Source of the DNA: an uncultured Gammaproteobacteria bacterium | GTDB taxonomy: Bacteria; Patescibacteriota; Patescibacteriia; UBA9934; CAZDDW01 | Assembly: GCA_965231015.1 (NCBI GenBank) | Contig: OZ246408.1 | Coordinates: 793,908 to 857,907, forward strand | Direction of reading: 5' to 3' | DNA length: 64,000 bases | The notes under the pieces: generated by a model | Database searches by the model: none | What the model was told of the DNA's origin: nothing | The model's input: only the letters and a program-made list of their open reading frames with translations | Program-made: the position numbers and the translations under genes | Part shown: positions 26,801 to 36,813 of the stretch, one piece after another | How the letters are laid out: every line of letters starts with the position of its first letter | How positions within the stretch are numbered: the first letter of the stretch is position 1

Positions 26801-29800
26801 ACCGTATTATCAATCTCCCAGTTCCAAGCATAGTCATACGCGTCAAGCCGTTGACCGGATGGTGAACACTCGTCCGGTCCGCCGTAAGCAGTGGCTTCGT
26901 AGGCTTGTTGAGCCCCGATTCGATCCAATACTTCACGTTCAGGATTTACTTCAACACGTTCAATACCACACGGAGCAGAATCGGCTTTAGTTTTAAAAAT
27001 CCACTCTTCATCTCCGGAAAGCCCGGTACCACTAAGACTCAACACCCCTTCTACCTGATCAGTTGTTGATGGATCATCACCGGAAATCCGCACCAAATAG
27101 TAAGTATCTTCTTCCAAATCACTTGGCGGACTCAAAGAGATTGACCAATCCCCGGCGTTGTAATTCAGTGTTCCGCCCACCACTTCCGTAGTTCCCAAAT
27201 TACAAAGCGCGTCGGAACACTCATACAGCCGAACATTGCCGTTGAAGCTGGACGAATCCATATCCAAATTAAAGGTCGCGCCAACCACAGCGTTGACACA
27301 AGCCTCTTCACACTCAGGCCATCGGTCTTCTACCCGAGGATCTTCAAAATTGACCTGAATGTCAGAGCTATCTCGTAAATTTTCATCCGTGATCTCGGCA
27401 GTGAGCTCAACCACATGACCGGGTTCAGTTTCAGATTCTGCCTCAACATTATAGGTATCAAAATCAAGCGAGACTAAATCAATAATGTCATCCCAGTCAG
27501 TGTTACCTGTATGCTCAGCATACCAGGTCCACACATCTCCCGGGGTATACAACACCTGACATCCTCCGGCTCCGATTGCGGAAGCATCAAAGTCGCTGTT
27601 TTCTTCAACGAAGGTGTAACTCTTTTCCGGAGGCAACAATAGCACACTCTCTATTTCACAGTCTGAGGTATCAGTCCTGGTCTGAAACTGCCACTCGTAA
27701 TCCGTTTCTAAGGGTTCTCCATCAGGACTTGTAATGCCTCCGATTCCACCAACGAGCGTCACCTGGTACCAAGTACTTGGATCAAAGACGGTACCGGCCG
27801 GCGATGAAATCCACTGGAAAGTGGTGTCAAACTTATCATCAAATTCTCCGTCAACAGTTTCTAAATCAGAACAAGGATCATCCGGATCCAGCCCGACACA
27901 TTTTTCTACAATGACGGTGCTCGTGGTGATACTTGCAAGCTCCACTCCGGGATCAGTTTCAAAAGAACCCTGCACCATTGAATTTACACAAACTTCCTCA
28001 CCGTTCGGCCAGGCTGTGTATGGCGTTGGGCTAATCCAATCATCAGAACATTCAACAATGAGTTGTGGAGCGTCCGGAATTTCTCCGGTAGAAAAACGCC
28101 AAAGGTATTCTGATTCCGGGATAGTTTCACTTGGACAAGTGGCTCGACACGCTCCATCATCACAACAAGTTTCACCTTGTGCGCACTCCGCTCCCCCATC
28201 AAGACAACTAGCCACTTCAAAATTAATCGTGTTTGAGGCAGTACCACCATTATCATAAAGTGTGACCGGTCCGGTGGTAGCTCCGGAAGGCACTTCTACT
28301 CGAACCTGTTCGCCATCACCTCCCCAATAATCAATGTTGGTTACGGCTACCCCATCATAAAAATCAACCGAGCCCTGCACGCTTCCAAACCGTTCACCAT
28401 AAAGATCAACCAACAGGCCCTCCGGACCGTTAGTCGGATCAATGGCACAAATGCTTGGCCCCGGACTGCCACTTGTTACCGTAAACTCGGCCTCATTACT
28501 TTCAGCACCATCATCACGCTCAATCCAAATTGCGGCTGAGCCTCCATCAGCCCATTCCGGTACCTTCATTATAATATTGTCATCCGCCCACCAATTGCTG
28601 GCACAGGCGTCTGGAAAATCAACATCAGCAACATCTGTTGCTCCGGTGGAATCCCTAAACCAAACAATGCCACCCGGCGGATCGTCGTCAAAATTTTCTC
28701 CGTAAATTGTTACGTATTGTCCAATAGGTCCGGTGTCTCCATAGTCTTCACAGGCACCAAAATTACATGGCGTATCATCACCTATTGTACAACCGGTCAC
28801 TGTTGGATCATTGGAACAATAATTTGGTACGTCCAAAGTACAGGTTCCAGCACAATCACTGTCAGCACTACAAGCTAAATCCGTGTTGTCGGCACAATAA
28901 TCAAGACCGGAATCAACATAACTGATGACCGGAGTCTCTTGTTCCGTCTCTGAGCTAACCGTAAACTGAACCGTGTTTGAACCATTCCCTTCTACAAAAA
29001 CCTGAACCTGATAATTACGAGCTGATACTTGAGGAACCGGGAAGCTAATACTTTCATCATTCCAATTTTGATACTCACTTGGTTCGTATCCGGTATTTCC
29101 GTAAAGAAGGTAAAGATTGTCCTCGGTCGTACCGAAATTTTTACCCGTGGCTACCACAATATCGTCCGGCAAACCACTTTCCGGATTAACGTCACACATA
29201 CTTGGTCGCACAGTACCATCTTCCGTGAAATCAATAATGACTGGGCCACGGTCATAATCATCGGTTCGGTCAGACAAAGGACCGTCAGCTTCAGCCGGCT
29301 CAGTCACAATTATGATCGGCCCGTCAACAAACCCGTTTGGTACCTCTACCACCACCTGAGTGCTGGTCCACGGATCAGCACAGTCAGCCACTAATGCCTG
29401 TACGTCATCATCATCTCCTTCTTCATCACCGTCCCCGTCCGTATCCGCTCCTAAAAACCAAACTTCTCCTTCTGCGTCATTAAAATATTCTCCTGAAATT
29501 GTAATGTAGTTTCCTGAGGTACCCTGGGTTGGTGAAACATAAGTTATTTCCGGATACCCAACACAAGTTCCCTCCTCACAAATTCCACTGGCACAATCAC
29601 CGTTTTCCGTACAAGATTCACCATCACAAGATAGACAATCATCTCCACCACAATCTACTCCGCTTTCGTCTTCGTCCTGCACACCGTTGGTACAGTGAGC
29701 AACCAAAGCGCTCACTGTAATGGAATCCGATAAAGTAGAGCGGCCGGAACAGTCATAGGCACGCGTACTCAAATTGTGTGAACCAAGAGAGGGCTCCGTC

Positions 29801-30798
29801 CAGTTGGCACTGTAGAGATCTGGCTCGCCAAGATTCAAAACCACTCCGTTGTCTTCAAATGAACTGTCAACGTAAAACTTAACCCGGTTGATTCCACCGT
29901 CGTCTGTGGCAATTGATTGCATAAGTGCCAGTTCTCCTACCGGAACTGAACCCCCATCATCCGGGTACGTCATCTCAACGGATGGGTCAGAGGTATCAAT
30001 TAAGTCCCCGGTGGTAAAAGTTGATTGACAGTCTTCACCCGGTGAACCACAGGTAATTAGCTCGCCACCGGTTTCTTTTAGACCGGCTCCGATTTGAACC
30101 GTGTAAGTAGTATTGGCATCAAAACAAAATTCAGCAGGGTCTTCCGGACAAACCGCTGACGGGGTAAACATAACCTCATCATCTTCAGTGTCAAAAGTTC
30201 CATCCACCGGATCACCAAGCGGATCCTGAATCTGGATGTTGCTGGCAATCGTAGAGGTGTCAACAGAATTATTAAATAAAATAGTGACCACTACATTTTT
30301 ATTTGGTAGATCACCGGTAGCACAACCATAACTCTCAATAATAAATTCATCATAAATCGGTGGGTTATCACCCGGATCCCAAGGGTCATCCCCCTCCTCC
30401 CCGGTTCCGGTGCCACCACCTACCGCGTCTACTAAAGAAGAAATAACAAATGTGGTAATGGCCCAGGCAGACATGATGATAACCATGCCAATTACAGCAT
30501 TCACCAACACCTTTTTAGCTTTACTGATTTTTTCCGCCTGACCACCTGAAGTCATCCACAAAAATCCGCCATAAATAATTAGGCCAAGCAAAACCACGCC
30601 GGCAAAACTGAGAGCGGTACGGATGAGTCGCGCCACTACAACCCGAATGTCAGCCTGAGCGAACCCGGCCTGTTCGGCAAACTGCTGAAACGCTGTTTCA
30701 TCAACCGGACCTTGAGCCAAGGCCTCGGTTCCAACAACCAAACCAAAGAGCGTAAGCCCGATGATCATGATCCAATAATTTTGGCGGATATATTTCAT
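20812..30798 (-). CDS. Giant (3328 aa) cell-surface protein: N-terminal pilin-like hydrophobic domain, Ig-like/IPT-TIG domains, myxococcus-type Cys-rich repeats (CGNG..ECDDGN), C-terminal von Willebrand factor A domain
   Basis: Uninterrupted 9987-nt ORF; IPT-like [22 protein letters not shown]; at least 4 CxxGxxExGExCDDGN repeats; vWA MIDAS DLSTSM...LLSDGSPT. Confidence 0.85.
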   Translation of the reverse strand: MKYIRQNYWIMIIGLTLFGLVVGTEALAQGPVDETAFQQFAEQAGFAQADIRVVVARLIRTALSFAGVVLLGLIIYGGFLWMTSGGQAEKISKAKKVLVNAVIGMVIIMSAWAITTFVISSLVDAVGGGTGTGEEGDDPWDPGDNPPIYDEFIIESYGCATGDLPNKNVVVTILFNNSVDTSTIASNIQIQDPLGDPVDGTFDTEDDEVMFTPSAVCPEDPAEFCFDANTTYTVQIGAGLKETGGELITCGSPGEDCQSTFTTGDLIDTSDPSVEMTYPDDGGSVPVGELALMQSIATDDGGINRVKFYVDSSFEDNGVVLNLGEPDLYSANWTEPSLGSHNLSTRAYDCSGRSTLSDSITVSALVAHCTNGVQDEDESGVDCGGDDCLSCDGESCTENGDCASGICEEGTCVGYPEITYVSPTQGTSGNYITISGEYFNDAEGEVWFLGADTDGDGDEEGDDDDVQALVADCADPWTSTQVVVEVPNGFVDGPIIIVTEPAEADGPLSDRTDDYDRGPVIIDFTEDGTVRPSMCDVNPESGLPDDIVVATGKNFGTTEDNLYLLYGNTGYEPSEYQNWNDESISFPVPQVSARNYQVQVFVEGNGSNTVQFTVSSETEQETPVISYVDSGLDYCADNTDLACSADSDCAGTCTLDVPNYCSNDPTVTGCTIGDDTPCNFGACEDYGDTGPIGQYVTIYGENFDDDPPGGIVWFRDSTGATDVADVDFPDACASNWWADDNIIMKVPEWADGGSAAIWIERDDGAESNEAEFTVTSGSPGPSICAIDPTNGPEGLLVDLYGERFGSVQGSVDFYDGVAVTNIDYWGGDGEQVRVEVPSGATTGPVTLYDNGGTASNTINFEVASCLDGGAECAQGETCCDDGACRATCPSETIPESEYLWRFSTGEIPDAPQLIVECSDDWISPTPYTAWPNGEEVCVNSMVQGSFETDPGVELASITTSTVIVEKCVGLDPDDPCSDLETVDGEFDDKFDTTFQWISSPAGTVFDPSTWYQVTLVGGIGGITSPDGEPLETDYEWQFQTRTDTSDCEIESVLLLPPEKSYTFVEENSDFDASAIGAGGCQVLYTPGDVWTWYAEHTGNTDWDDIIDLVSLDFDTYNVEAESETEPGHVVELTAEITDENLRDSSDIQVNFEDPRVEDRWPECEEACVNAVVGATFNLDMDSSSFNGNVRLYECSDALCNLGTTEVVGGTLNYNAGDWSISLSPPSDLEEDTYYLVRISGDDPSTTDQVEGVLSLSGTGLSGDEEWIFKTKADSAPCGIERVEVNPEREVLDRIGAQQAYEATAYGGPDECSPSGQRLDAYDYAWNWEIDNTVPDNYEIAFFTPANLDTTRELPDGCSSLCLNEGSDYGVSVCGNGVEEFGEDCDDGPGLPLDGDGCSATCTTEGTAAVADGGTCGNGSMDGFEECDDGNNDDLDGCSSVCTNEGSGYAGTVCGDGIILHNDAIGGEECDDGNNSSGDGCSNICLNEGSLDATEITAVCGNGTREDGEDCDDGNGTNGDGCSSRCLNESGECDPADEGCSDDGLFEGSNHEYSTPSFCGDGNYGTGEECEAALAGGDGLIDPFQVAEISEGAIEASVVLDENPIMTDLRAEGTDSQTGTGATGEAEVGVNCSCEEDLDCGVATYTTIGCGFGGCCADRPTATFAPDAREDVCRNASVSAEFDSLMDTESFRVQVGNETVDNIFLIYLGSGVLVDGEAQPDADLETGDCPSGYEESLVALHEGDRPWYVRAWRFVANKVAGLFGREVYAQDPVVCYMEGTLSNDLSESSTEVTFTYSQPLEENSLYRLVVVGDQDLQDDNTEAAYNIGVTTQYGITIRPTITDALYGFEANQLLASSFKTGTEVCELEDVLVEDKSSSPGLFTEAAESHDLEAAAYTIRNNVREEITPIAGYYDWTWSWGITGDGSVLNLSDPAATTDLNDAVAESKNGEEDIVASATVTSDSFNDPSTTGEVISGSVEEMVFLCENPWPQVGTFPFSDTEEYDTAFEGLGLGDFGPSVRTDLGSPFPYSNFSFYYCRDAGDAADTSDDLPNMRVVEAPNPQTTSGVFRELLFMIDGDDYTDAVGVRIAGNEDYYSPGDWYDANFDGSYSSTDDVDGYEAVQDGRTVYVNAANQTGDIYSNIYAIAYNEGAEDETLEVFEQVLDSWAFNANDVLLDDEFCYETDAYANPIDTDNATDGLQLAECSYDAECFEYGADAVCGAQKQMLQRDTIRLSDLRSMYGQIDTYGSTNSRCSVTKTMACFVDDNCPGGETCVQTVPELQVGSFLRSRSYSAWPSWQAQLGNNLGAALPTDPLNNLADCPEGYDETSCWNGDASQFVCNEGSHVYGFRSIAGEAYELFVDLEYNGAPWAYDLDQDTTDWAEITVGNASESNPDGFTTSLFCDGTELGLSEECGDGVVGENETCEIGDTQTVDCDPGEVYICFNDVESSYYGTVCDPAGDVVATCGADGECASGVCSNGDPCNDSIDCGGGTCTYIEGQKTVTCCYSGNCAVSGSADCSAYQEAADSASSCTPYLCGNGVVDDGEECDDGAFNGQYGYCGLDCDVDGAIFCGDGTLAGSEVCDCGYNEDFRTSGAWAVANSCQYVNGIYSYDPDEGCAFNCAGDPPSCGDGVVNGSEECDGESETWDGAICSSGSLEGEPCEIDDDCEGGTCGNVSGYEACESSQLCDTGDEIGKPCQTDGECANGTCSTFEFETMRTRVCDSDIAAGTGCFWPEADSSHFVGGWDEIGGESCIGTGYCGNGVTEGTEECDDGNDDNNDECTTSCLFNVCGDGKRYDGIEACDWGAGNAVPCEAPYGGSCNYCTASCQYQTMSGGYCGDDQVNGSEFCDGTDMPINYCILKDEDPDRRDISGACDSFLDCQDLCDNNDLCDDDGDGIADKVYECAPAGYCNGGYRTIDDELKDFNGVPCDVNAGIADYDDNCGQNPFSFPPTTSLGTCVAPECNDNCSSGCPFSLSSVSVQVEAEEEGSLKTDSVDLYSFGSGDSPDTALMYFPACRVGSSLTADVSFAGVTPPYVQVFFIMDLSTSMNELLDGSDSRLDVAKEATIDAIGELFDSFEDGTIEIGLASFSSPGTGNIDYNLSTSEDEYSLINTVNAYSASGSTYPEEGLEAVYNELENPAPEDTVQVVVLLSDGSPTAGDGENTVDEWARRLKRDCEGQTGTLDLYTAALTGSSSLKGYMAHWSSDVCERAGIMPDVCSGDEPDDISDADNCSPSNNGIEYAYSSETAEDLRDMYEAIVESIIGKHITYTTDAGTSSGTMNEGNSQPLLFPIGFECPESDEEFTVPFRISFPGTGTVNLTNIEMNYCPF

Positions 30799-30799
30799 T

Positions 30800-32734
30800 T
30801 TATTCAGGTATTACACTACAGTCCCCTCCTCGACTTACCTCAGCGTCGCCACGACAACAACTCGGACTTGAGCTATCCACGTTACAATCCGGAGGAATCA
30901 CATCTTGAGCAGGATTAGCACTGCCCGGTCCATGCGCTGGGTAATAACAAATCTGGTACGAGCTTTTAATTCCGTGACTCAACCATGGTTCATAGTACCA
31001 AGTCAGCGTGTCAGTTGATTCTAAGAACAAGCCGTGGTCAATCACAACACGAGTGGCAGTTGGTTCAGCATCAGCCTGCGGTGGAGTTTCAGAATATCCC
31101 TCGTACAAGTTTTCCTTTTCAATTCGGTATGACAATTCATGGGTCGTAAAGTCACTTGATACCGGAACCAATCCAATGTTGTTGCTGTTCAAACTAGAAC
31201 TCATGAGCGTGACACCCGGCCCGGGTGGAGATACCCCGTCATCCTCAATAAACGTGGCAGATATTTCTGCGTCCAGTTCTACTTCTTCAGCCTCAAGATC
31301 AGGTCGCAATTCATAAATCGACGGGATCACATCATTGACTTCGTTCGTAGTTTCAAAGGCCCAAACATAGTTGTCCGTGGTTGGTCCATCAGCTGTACCG
31401 TCCAGGTTGGTAGAGGCTCCAACGTCCGGATTGTGGTTATTGTTTCCTCCATCAAGAGAATTGCCGGTCACATCCACCGCACCATCGTACGGATAGCCCA
31501 CAGCTTCCGGGGCACTATCCCCGACTGTCGCCGCAGTTACCGTAGTGTTGATCACAGACTCGCCCGGCAAACAGTAAATAGTGTCGCCACACGGATCCTC
31601 AGCACAAGCATCATCTGAAACAAACTCGATTGTCCGATATCCGTTCGAAATCGTCCAAGTTCCGGTCACGGTTCCTGAATTAAACGGATCCTGAAATTCA
31701 GCCAAAACATTTGAAAAGAAACTGTCTACGCCGTTATAGGTGCCGCTCACGGCAGTCGGATCCATAGCCTCGTTAAAATTGATCTGAATCACCACGTTGC
31801 GGTCTTTTTCTGTAGCGTGTCCAGGATAAACACTCTGCACGTATGGAGGCTCCAGATCAACCTCTGTCGAAACTTCAAAGGTCCATTCATAACCACCGTT
31901 AAAATTACCACTAAAAGCCTCGGTGCCATCTTCTTTTAAGATACCGTCCTGCAAACTAACCGTGTAGTTCATCGAATCAATCGCACTACCAAGGAGCTCA
32001 ACCGGATCAAAAACCCAGCTTAGATTATCTGCGGTTCGGTTCACAAGCACAGCTTCACTTGTTAAAGCCGATCCCTCCCCTTCGGAATTTGGATAAATTA
32101 AAACTAAACCATCGTTTAAAAAGTACGTATCATCAGTTTCGTCACCCGGAGTTCCGTTGTCGGAATATACACCATTGGTTAGTGAATCTAAGTTAATAGG
32201 TTCTTTAAAAGTGATGATTACCTTAGTGTTCCGTGGGATGTCATTGGCATTGCGTAGTGGCCAATGGTCTTGAATGATTCCCGCACCAAGCGGACCGGAA
32301 AGCGGTTCCACCCCGACCGGTGGTTCTGAACCAAACCCGCCAAAAATTCCTCCTTGACCGAGTAAGGCATTGAGAATAAATGAAACTATGCTATACGAAG
32401 CAAGTACAATAAAAGCGCCAATCACAGCATTGCGCATGATGAGCTTGGCCTTCTTGACCTTTTCAGCGTCTCCGGCTGAAGTCATCCAAAGGTAACCCGC
32501 GTACACAATGAGAGATAAAAATATTATGCCAATCAGACCGATGGCATAACGAATAATAATGGCCACAACCACACGAATATCAGTTTCAGGAAGACCGGCC
32601 GCTTGTCCAACCATTTCAAGTTGATCCTCTTGAGCCATGGCTTCCGGAGCAAAATAAAACAATAATCCCGCCACCACTACGACAAGGGTGGCGATGCAAT
32701 ATGTTCGCCATCTATTTTGCACTGCTTCAAGCAT
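30800..32734 (-). CDS. 644-aa surface protein sharing the pilin-like N-terminal domain with the giant protein, Ig-like beta-rich body, Cys-rich C-terminus containing RGD
   Basis: N-terminus DIRVVVAxIIRxAI...YxGxLWMTSxGxxEKxKKAK alignable to the giant protein; 1-nt spacing to the giant gene. Confidence 0.8.
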   Translation of the reverse strand: MLEAVQNRWRTYCIATLVVVVAGLLFYFAPEAMAQEDQLEMVGQAAGLPETDIRVVVAIIIRYAIGLIGIIFLSLIVYAGYLWMTSAGDAEKVKKAKLIMRNAVIGAFIVLASYSIVSFILNALLGQGGIFGGFGSEPPVGVEPLSGPLGAGIIQDHWPLRNANDIPRNTKVIITFKEPINLDSLTNGVYSDNGTPGDETDDTYFLNDGLVLIYPNSEGEGSALTSEAVLVNRTADNLSWVFDPVELLGSAIDSMNYTVSLQDGILKEDGTEAFSGNFNGGYEWTFEVSTEVDLEPPYVQSVYPGHATEKDRNVVIQINFNEAMDPTAVSGTYNGVDSFFSNVLAEFQDPFNSGTVTGTWTISNGYRTIEFVSDDACAEDPCGDTIYCLPGESVINTTVTAATVGDSAPEAVGYPYDGAVDVTGNSLDGGNNNHNPDVGASTNLDGTADGPTTDNYVWAFETTNEVNDVIPSIYELRPDLEAEEVELDAEISATFIEDDGVSPPGPGVTLMSSSLNSNNIGLVPVSSDFTTHELSYRIEKENLYEGYSETPPQADAEPTATRVVIDHGLFLESTDTLTWYYEPWLSHGIKSSYQICYYPAHGPGSANPAQDVIPPDCNVDSSSPSCCRGDAEVSRGGDCSVIPE

Positions 32735-33021
32735 GAAGCGTTCTTAATTTACTAGCTTATTATACCTTAATTTAGTTGAGAAGCGAAGTGTGGATAAGGC
32801 TAAAGCAAGTGAGTTGAATCCAAACCATATATATTTAAGTCTAGACTTTTGCAACACGGTTTCAAAAAAGATACGGTCGGCCACTTTTTGCAACCACTTT
32901 AAGCATAAACTGGTTCCACTTTAGGGCCGGCCGGACCCTTTTTGGAACCACATAGAAATTACACAATCGTCTGAAATCGGTGTGTAATCAGATCCCTTGC
33001 CCTAATTTTAGCCAATTAGTA

Positions 33022-33051
33022 TTGACAAAAAGGACTAAATAATATCATAAT
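33022..33051 (+). promoter_or_regulatory. Sigma70-like promoter (TTGACA-N18-CATAAT) upstream of the 33115 gene
   Basis: -35 at 33022..33027, -10 at 33046..33051. Confidence 0.4.
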
Positions 33052-33114
33052 ATGTCTTCACTTCACTGATCTAGGTGGAGCGCACACTGACAACTTCCAG
33101 TTAGGGAAAAGGAA

Positions 33115-33405
33115 ATGGACTACCTGTTCTACGTCTTCACCTGTCTCTTTGTGATTCTAGGCACCACAGCAAAGGTCTGGGCAGATGTCTGGGGCGAAGG
33201 TGCCGAAGGTCAACACGGGGGTAATCTCGTAATTGTGCTCGGAGTTTCAATGGCTCTCACTGGCACTATCAACGGCGTGGTTCAAACGAAGACCGAGTAC
33301 ATCATCGCCTTCCCAATCTGTGTCGTCGCTCTTATGTTGAGCCTGGTGATCAACGTCGTCATCAAGAAAATGCGAACCCTTCACCTCAAGAGGAAAGCAT
33401 CATGA
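33115..33405 (+). CDS. Small membrane protein (96 aa) in a GC-rich island
   Basis: Intact ORF, 3 hydrophobic segments, local GC clearly above the window average. Confidence 0.5.
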   Translation: MDYLFYVFTCLFVILGTTAKVWADVWGEGAEGQHGGNLVIVLGVSMALTGTINGVVQTKTEYIIAFPICVVALMLSLVINVVIKKMRTLHLKRKAS

Positions 33406-33697
33406 CCAAGGCAGTCCGCTTCTACTGGGAAGAGATGGGATTCGGCCTTGTCCCCTGAGGCATCGGGCTGAGCCTGATGTTCGCTCTCACAGTGGTCATG
33501 CAGCTGGAGCTCGGACCTGTACGGCCCCTTTCGCCATCGCCTACGTGGCCGTTCTGATGTGGAGCGTCTTCGACACGGGTATCCTGTGTTCGGTCTTCCA
33601 TGATCGTGATCAAAAAGCCACCATGCTCATCACCGCCGCTCTTTTTCTCACCTTCATGTTCTTTTACACCTGGTCGCTGCACAGCCTCCCGTCGTAA
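33402..33697 (+). pseudogene. GC-rich stretch with a fragmented reading frame: an 18-codon ORF (ATGA-coupled to the upstream gene) ends at an in-frame TGA at 33456; a downstream membrane-protein-like frame (...APFAIAYVAVLMWSVFDTGILCSVFHDRDQKATMLITAALFLTFMFFYTWSLHSLPS*) lies in another frame
   Basis: Hand translation of all three frames; no single intact ORF of 60 aa or more. Confidence 0.3.
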
Positions 33698-33833
33698 GAC
33701 CAGGCGAGATCCGCCGCCCTCACCCCCCCCCGATCAACCACAAGATCGTCTCGGGTGTAGGCGGTCTTGTTTTTATTCTCCTATTCGATCGAATTAAAAA
33801 CCACTTGCTTGCTTCGTAAAATTAACAAGTACC

Positions 33834-33870
33834 ACTTTTTCGTACCTACGAACAAACACCGTACCCCCCC
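33834..33870. repeat. Palindromic-element family copy: ACTTTTTCGTACCTACGAACAAACA + CCGTACCCCCCC (25/25 identical core to 9966..9990)
   Basis: Direct reading. Confidence 0.75.
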
Positions 33871-33880
33871 TCCTTAACCA

Positions 33881-33904
33881 AAAAGACCGTGCTATTGCAC
33901 GGTC
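33881..33904 (-). terminator. Rho-independent terminator for yqeY (GACCGTGC-tatt-GCACGGTC with T4 on the minus strand)
   Basis: 8-bp perfect stem. Confidence 0.55.
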
Positions 33905-33926
33905 CTAAAACTTTATACTTTATACT

Positions 33927-34385
33927 TTATCCTTGATCATCCGAGCCCAGCTCCTCTTCTACAGCCTTTTTCACATCTCCACCATCAACCTTTCCTTTAA
34001 CCTTTCCCATGATTGCTCCCATAACTTTTCCCATATCCTGCTTACCTTGGGCCCCAACTTCGGCAATGGTTTCCTTCACGATCTTTTTAAGCTCCTCAAA
34101 ATCCATTTGCTTGGGGCTATACTTGGCTAAAAGCTCAATTTCCTCGCGAGCTTTAGCGGCTAAATCCTCTCTGGCTCCTTCTGTAAACGATTCTAAGGAG
34201 TCTTTGAGCTGTTTAACTTGAGACTTAACTACAGCTAAAACTTCTTCCTCTTCAAGGTCACGTTTAAGCTCAATCGCCTTATTTTTTAAGGCCGCCTGTA
34301 ACATTCGAAGCGTAGAAAGAGTCTGTTCATTCCGTTCTTTCATGGCTAGCTTAAGGTCGTCCTTGATTTGGTCGATTAAGGCCAT
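33927..34385 (-). CDS. yqeY: GatB/YqeY-domain protein
   Basis: YqeY-like helical protein; classic rpsU-yqeY linkage. Confidence 0.8.
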   Translation of the reverse strand: MALIDQIKDDLKLAMKERNEQTLSTLRMLQAALKNKAIELKRDLEEEEVLAVVKSQVKQLKDSLESFTEGAREDLAAKAREEIELLAKYSPKQMDFEELKKIVKETIAEVGAQGKQDMGKVMGAIMGKVKGKVDGGDVKKAVEEELGSDDQG

Positions 34386-34405
34386 ATTTGGCTGATTAAA
34401 GCTAA

Positions 34406-34648
34406 TTATCGGCGTCTACCTCGACGTTTTGGTTCAGGTAACTGTCCAATACGATCCAGATACTCGCGTTTTTCAGCGATTTGCATGCGTCGAAGCGCAG
34501 AACTCTTTTGTGCGTTCTTGTTCTTTTTTGGCTCGTTAAAGCGAATTTTTCTAGCTTGAAGCATGCGGCCACTCTGCTGTACGCGGCGGCTAAAACGTCG
34601 GAGCATGCTCTCGAAACTTTCACCTTTTTTTCGTTTAACTTCTGGCAT
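34406..34648 (-). CDS. rpsU: 30S ribosomal protein bS21
   Basis: MPEVKRKKGESFESMLRRFSRRV similar to S21; basic C-terminus. Confidence 0.85.
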   Translation of the reverse strand: MPEVKRKKGESFESMLRRFSRRVQQSGRMLQARKIRFNEPKKNKNAQKSSALRRMQIAEKREYLDRIGQLPEPKRRGRRR

Positions 34649-34714
34649 AATATTCACCTCGCTTTCAAAAAAAGCTCGCCCGGATATTACCTTTTAATGA
34701 TTAATCTGTCAACT

Positions 34715-36103
34715 CTATTCACCGGAACCATTGGCCTCTTTTTCTTTGTTCGCAGCCAATTTCTTAGAAATAAGACTAACAACTTTTTTAGCATCCACTA
34801 TTTCTTGGGAGCCAGAGTCCATGTCCCGAATGATAATTGTGTCATCCAAAACCTCTTTTTGTCCAAGGATTATGGTGAAATCCACTCCCAATTTATTAGA
34901 CAGCTCTAATTGCGAAGTCAAGGCCCCTTTACCAAAAGCTTCAGCCACCTTGATTCCGGCACCACGGAATTCTTCAAATAATTTCAGACCCCGGCGCCTT
35001 GCTGCATCCCCGAGTTGAGCAAAAAAAATGTCTGGCTCATCTTCACGAGTAACCTCTACTTCCTTATCTTTCATGGCATTAACAATTCTCTCCACACCAC
35101 AAGCAAAACCACAACCCGGCGTTCCTTCCCGGCCGCCCAACAGCTCGATCAGTCCATCATAACGACCGCCGCCACCCAAGGCACTCTGAGCTTTACCTTC
35201 TTCTTCATCAGCTAAATAAACCTCAAACACGGTACGGTTATAATAATCCAAACCGCGCACCAACTGTGGATCCAAAACGTACGGCACCTCAATCTCATCT
35301 AAAAACTCAAGCACCTGCATAAAGTGATTCTTGCTGTCCTCGTCCAACCAATCCACAATCTGTGGAGCCTCATCTTTTAATGAGGCACACTCCTCTTCTT
35401 TGCAATCCAATAAGCGTAAAGGATTTTTGGTTAACCGTTTCTTGCAGTCATCGCACAACTTGGAGCGGTGCTGACGGTAATAAGCCACCAGTTCAACTTT
35501 ATATTCCTGACGAGTTTCCTGAGTTCCGATCGAGTTGACCCGCATCACGGTATCTAGTCCCAACTCTTTAAACAAGGAATGTAATATAACCATCAGTTGC
35601 GCATCTATTATTGCCTCGTCTGAACCAAAAACCTCAAAATTTAACTGATGGAACTGTCGATAACGTCCAGCCTGTGGTCGATCGTGCCGAAAAAGCGGAC
35701 CAAGGTCCCACAATTTAACCGGTTGGGGCTGATTAAGCATGCCGTGATTAATGTAAGCACGAGCAAACCCAGCTGTGAACTCTGGACGCAAAGCGGCCTT
35801 TTCGCCGCCCAGAAGCTCAAACTTGTAAAGTTCCTTTTCTACAATATCGGTTTGCTTTCCCACTGTTCGAACAAACAAATTTTCCTCCTCAAGAACCGGA
35901 GTTATTAAACGTTTAAAACTGTAAGAATTGGCAATTTCTCGAACCTTGGAACGTACTGCGTCCCAATACTTTTGTTCTTCAGGCAAAATATCTCGAAACC
36001 CTCGCAATAATTCCGGAGTTTTTATTTTTCTCTTCGGTGTTTCCTTTTCCTCCTTGACCGACTTTTTTACCGGAGCTTTTTTGGTAGCAGCTTTCTTAGG
36101 CAT
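34715..36103 (-). CDS. hisS: Histidyl-tRNA synthetase with a 35-aa Lys-rich N-terminal extension
   Basis: Class II motifs (ALRPEFTAGFARAY, GGGGRYDGL) and HisRS anticodon-binding C-terminus. Confidence 0.9.
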   Translation of the reverse strand: MPKKAATKKAPVKKSVKEEKETPKRKIKTPELLRGFRDILPEEQKYWDAVRSKVREIANSYSFKRLITPVLEEENLFVRTVGKQTDIVEKELYKFELLGGEKAALRPEFTAGFARAYINHGMLNQPQPVKLWDLGPLFRHDRPQAGRYRQFHQLNFEVFGSDEAIIDAQLMVILHSLFKELGLDTVMRVNSIGTQETRQEYKVELVAYYRQHRSKLCDDCKKRLTKNPLRLLDCKEEECASLKDEAPQIVDWLDEDSKNHFMQVLEFLDEIEVPYVLDPQLVRGLDYYNRTVFEVYLADEEEGKAQSALGGGGRYDGLIELLGGREGTPGCGFACGVERIVNAMKDKEVEVTREDEPDIFFAQLGDAARRRGLKLFEEFRGAGIKVAEAFGKGALTSQLELSNKLGVDFTIILGQKEVLDDTIIIRDMDSGSQEIVDAKKVVSLISKKLAANKEKEANGSGE

Positions 36104-36114
36104 ATATATTATCT

Positions 36115-36720
36115 TTAGAGGTTGTAGTCAGGTAATTCAAAGGTGCCGATTCGTGAAATTGGTAAACCGCGAACCCAAACACGACCAACAATATCGCCCC
36201 GACGAATTGGTCCGAAACGGCGCGAGTCCAGACTTTCATCTCGGTTATCACCGAGCACGTAATACTCATCTTCATTCAGAGCGACCCGGATTCTACCGTA
36301 CGTCCGTGCAGTGTCAAGATATGGTTCATCTAGTACAGTTCCATTTGGATACTGACTGTTATAAATAGTAATTAAGCCGTCATTTATTTCCACGGTTTCC
36401 CCGGGAAGACCAACCACCCGTTTGATAAAAAACTCAGATGGATTGTCCGGATTTCTAAATACAATAATTTCTCCACGTTCAGCTTCACGGAAACGGTAAC
36501 TAATTTCATCAATAATCAAATATTCATGATCATAATAATTCGGTTCCATTGAAGCACCTTTAACATAAAACGGCTGGATCAAAAAATAGCGAATTGGAAT
36601 AATAATGGCCGCAGAGATAATCACAATCTGCACCACTTCTAAAATAAACATGGCTAAAGCCCCTAAGGTAGGCCCGAGCTTCCGATGCCAAAAAGTGTCA
36701 TCTTTTTTCTTTAAAATCAT
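36115..36720 (-). CDS. lepB: Signal peptidase I
   Basis: GASMEP Ser box, GDNRDESLDSR Lys box. Confidence 0.9.
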   Translation of the reverse strand: MILKKKDDTFWHRKLGPTLGALAMFILEVVQIVIISAAIIIPIRYFLIQPFYVKGASMEPNYYDHEYLIIDEISYRFREAERGEIIVFRNPDNPSEFFIKRVVGLPGETVEINDGLITIYNSQYPNGTVLDEPYLDTARTYGRIRVALNEDEYYVLGDNRDESLDSRRFGPIRRGDIVGRVWVRGLPISRIGTFELPDYNL

Positions 36721-36813
36721 ATCTTTGTTTTGATACCCCCTTTCAGATAAAAGAGTTACCCCCAGTTTAGCACAAATTCGTGATAAATCAAGGGGTAACC
36801 CTAAATGCTTGTA

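Noticed and set aside
21707-29720. Numerous 60-170-aa ORFs on both strands inside 20812..30798
   Set aside because: All lie within or antisense to the uninterrupted 3328-aa ORF, which has coherent domain content (IPT, Cys-rich repeats, vWA)
32870-32900. Sigma-54 promoter (GGCCAC-N5-GCA)
   Set aside because: GG-to-GC spacing is one nucleotide short of consensus, orientation does not match the adjacent operon, and no sigma-54-dependent activator context is present
33456-33458. In-frame TGA as evidence of UGA recoding (code 25/4) or selenocysteine
   Set aside because: Many conserved genes in the window terminate at TGA and are full-length under code 11; no SECIS-like hairpin; more consistent with a decayed gene
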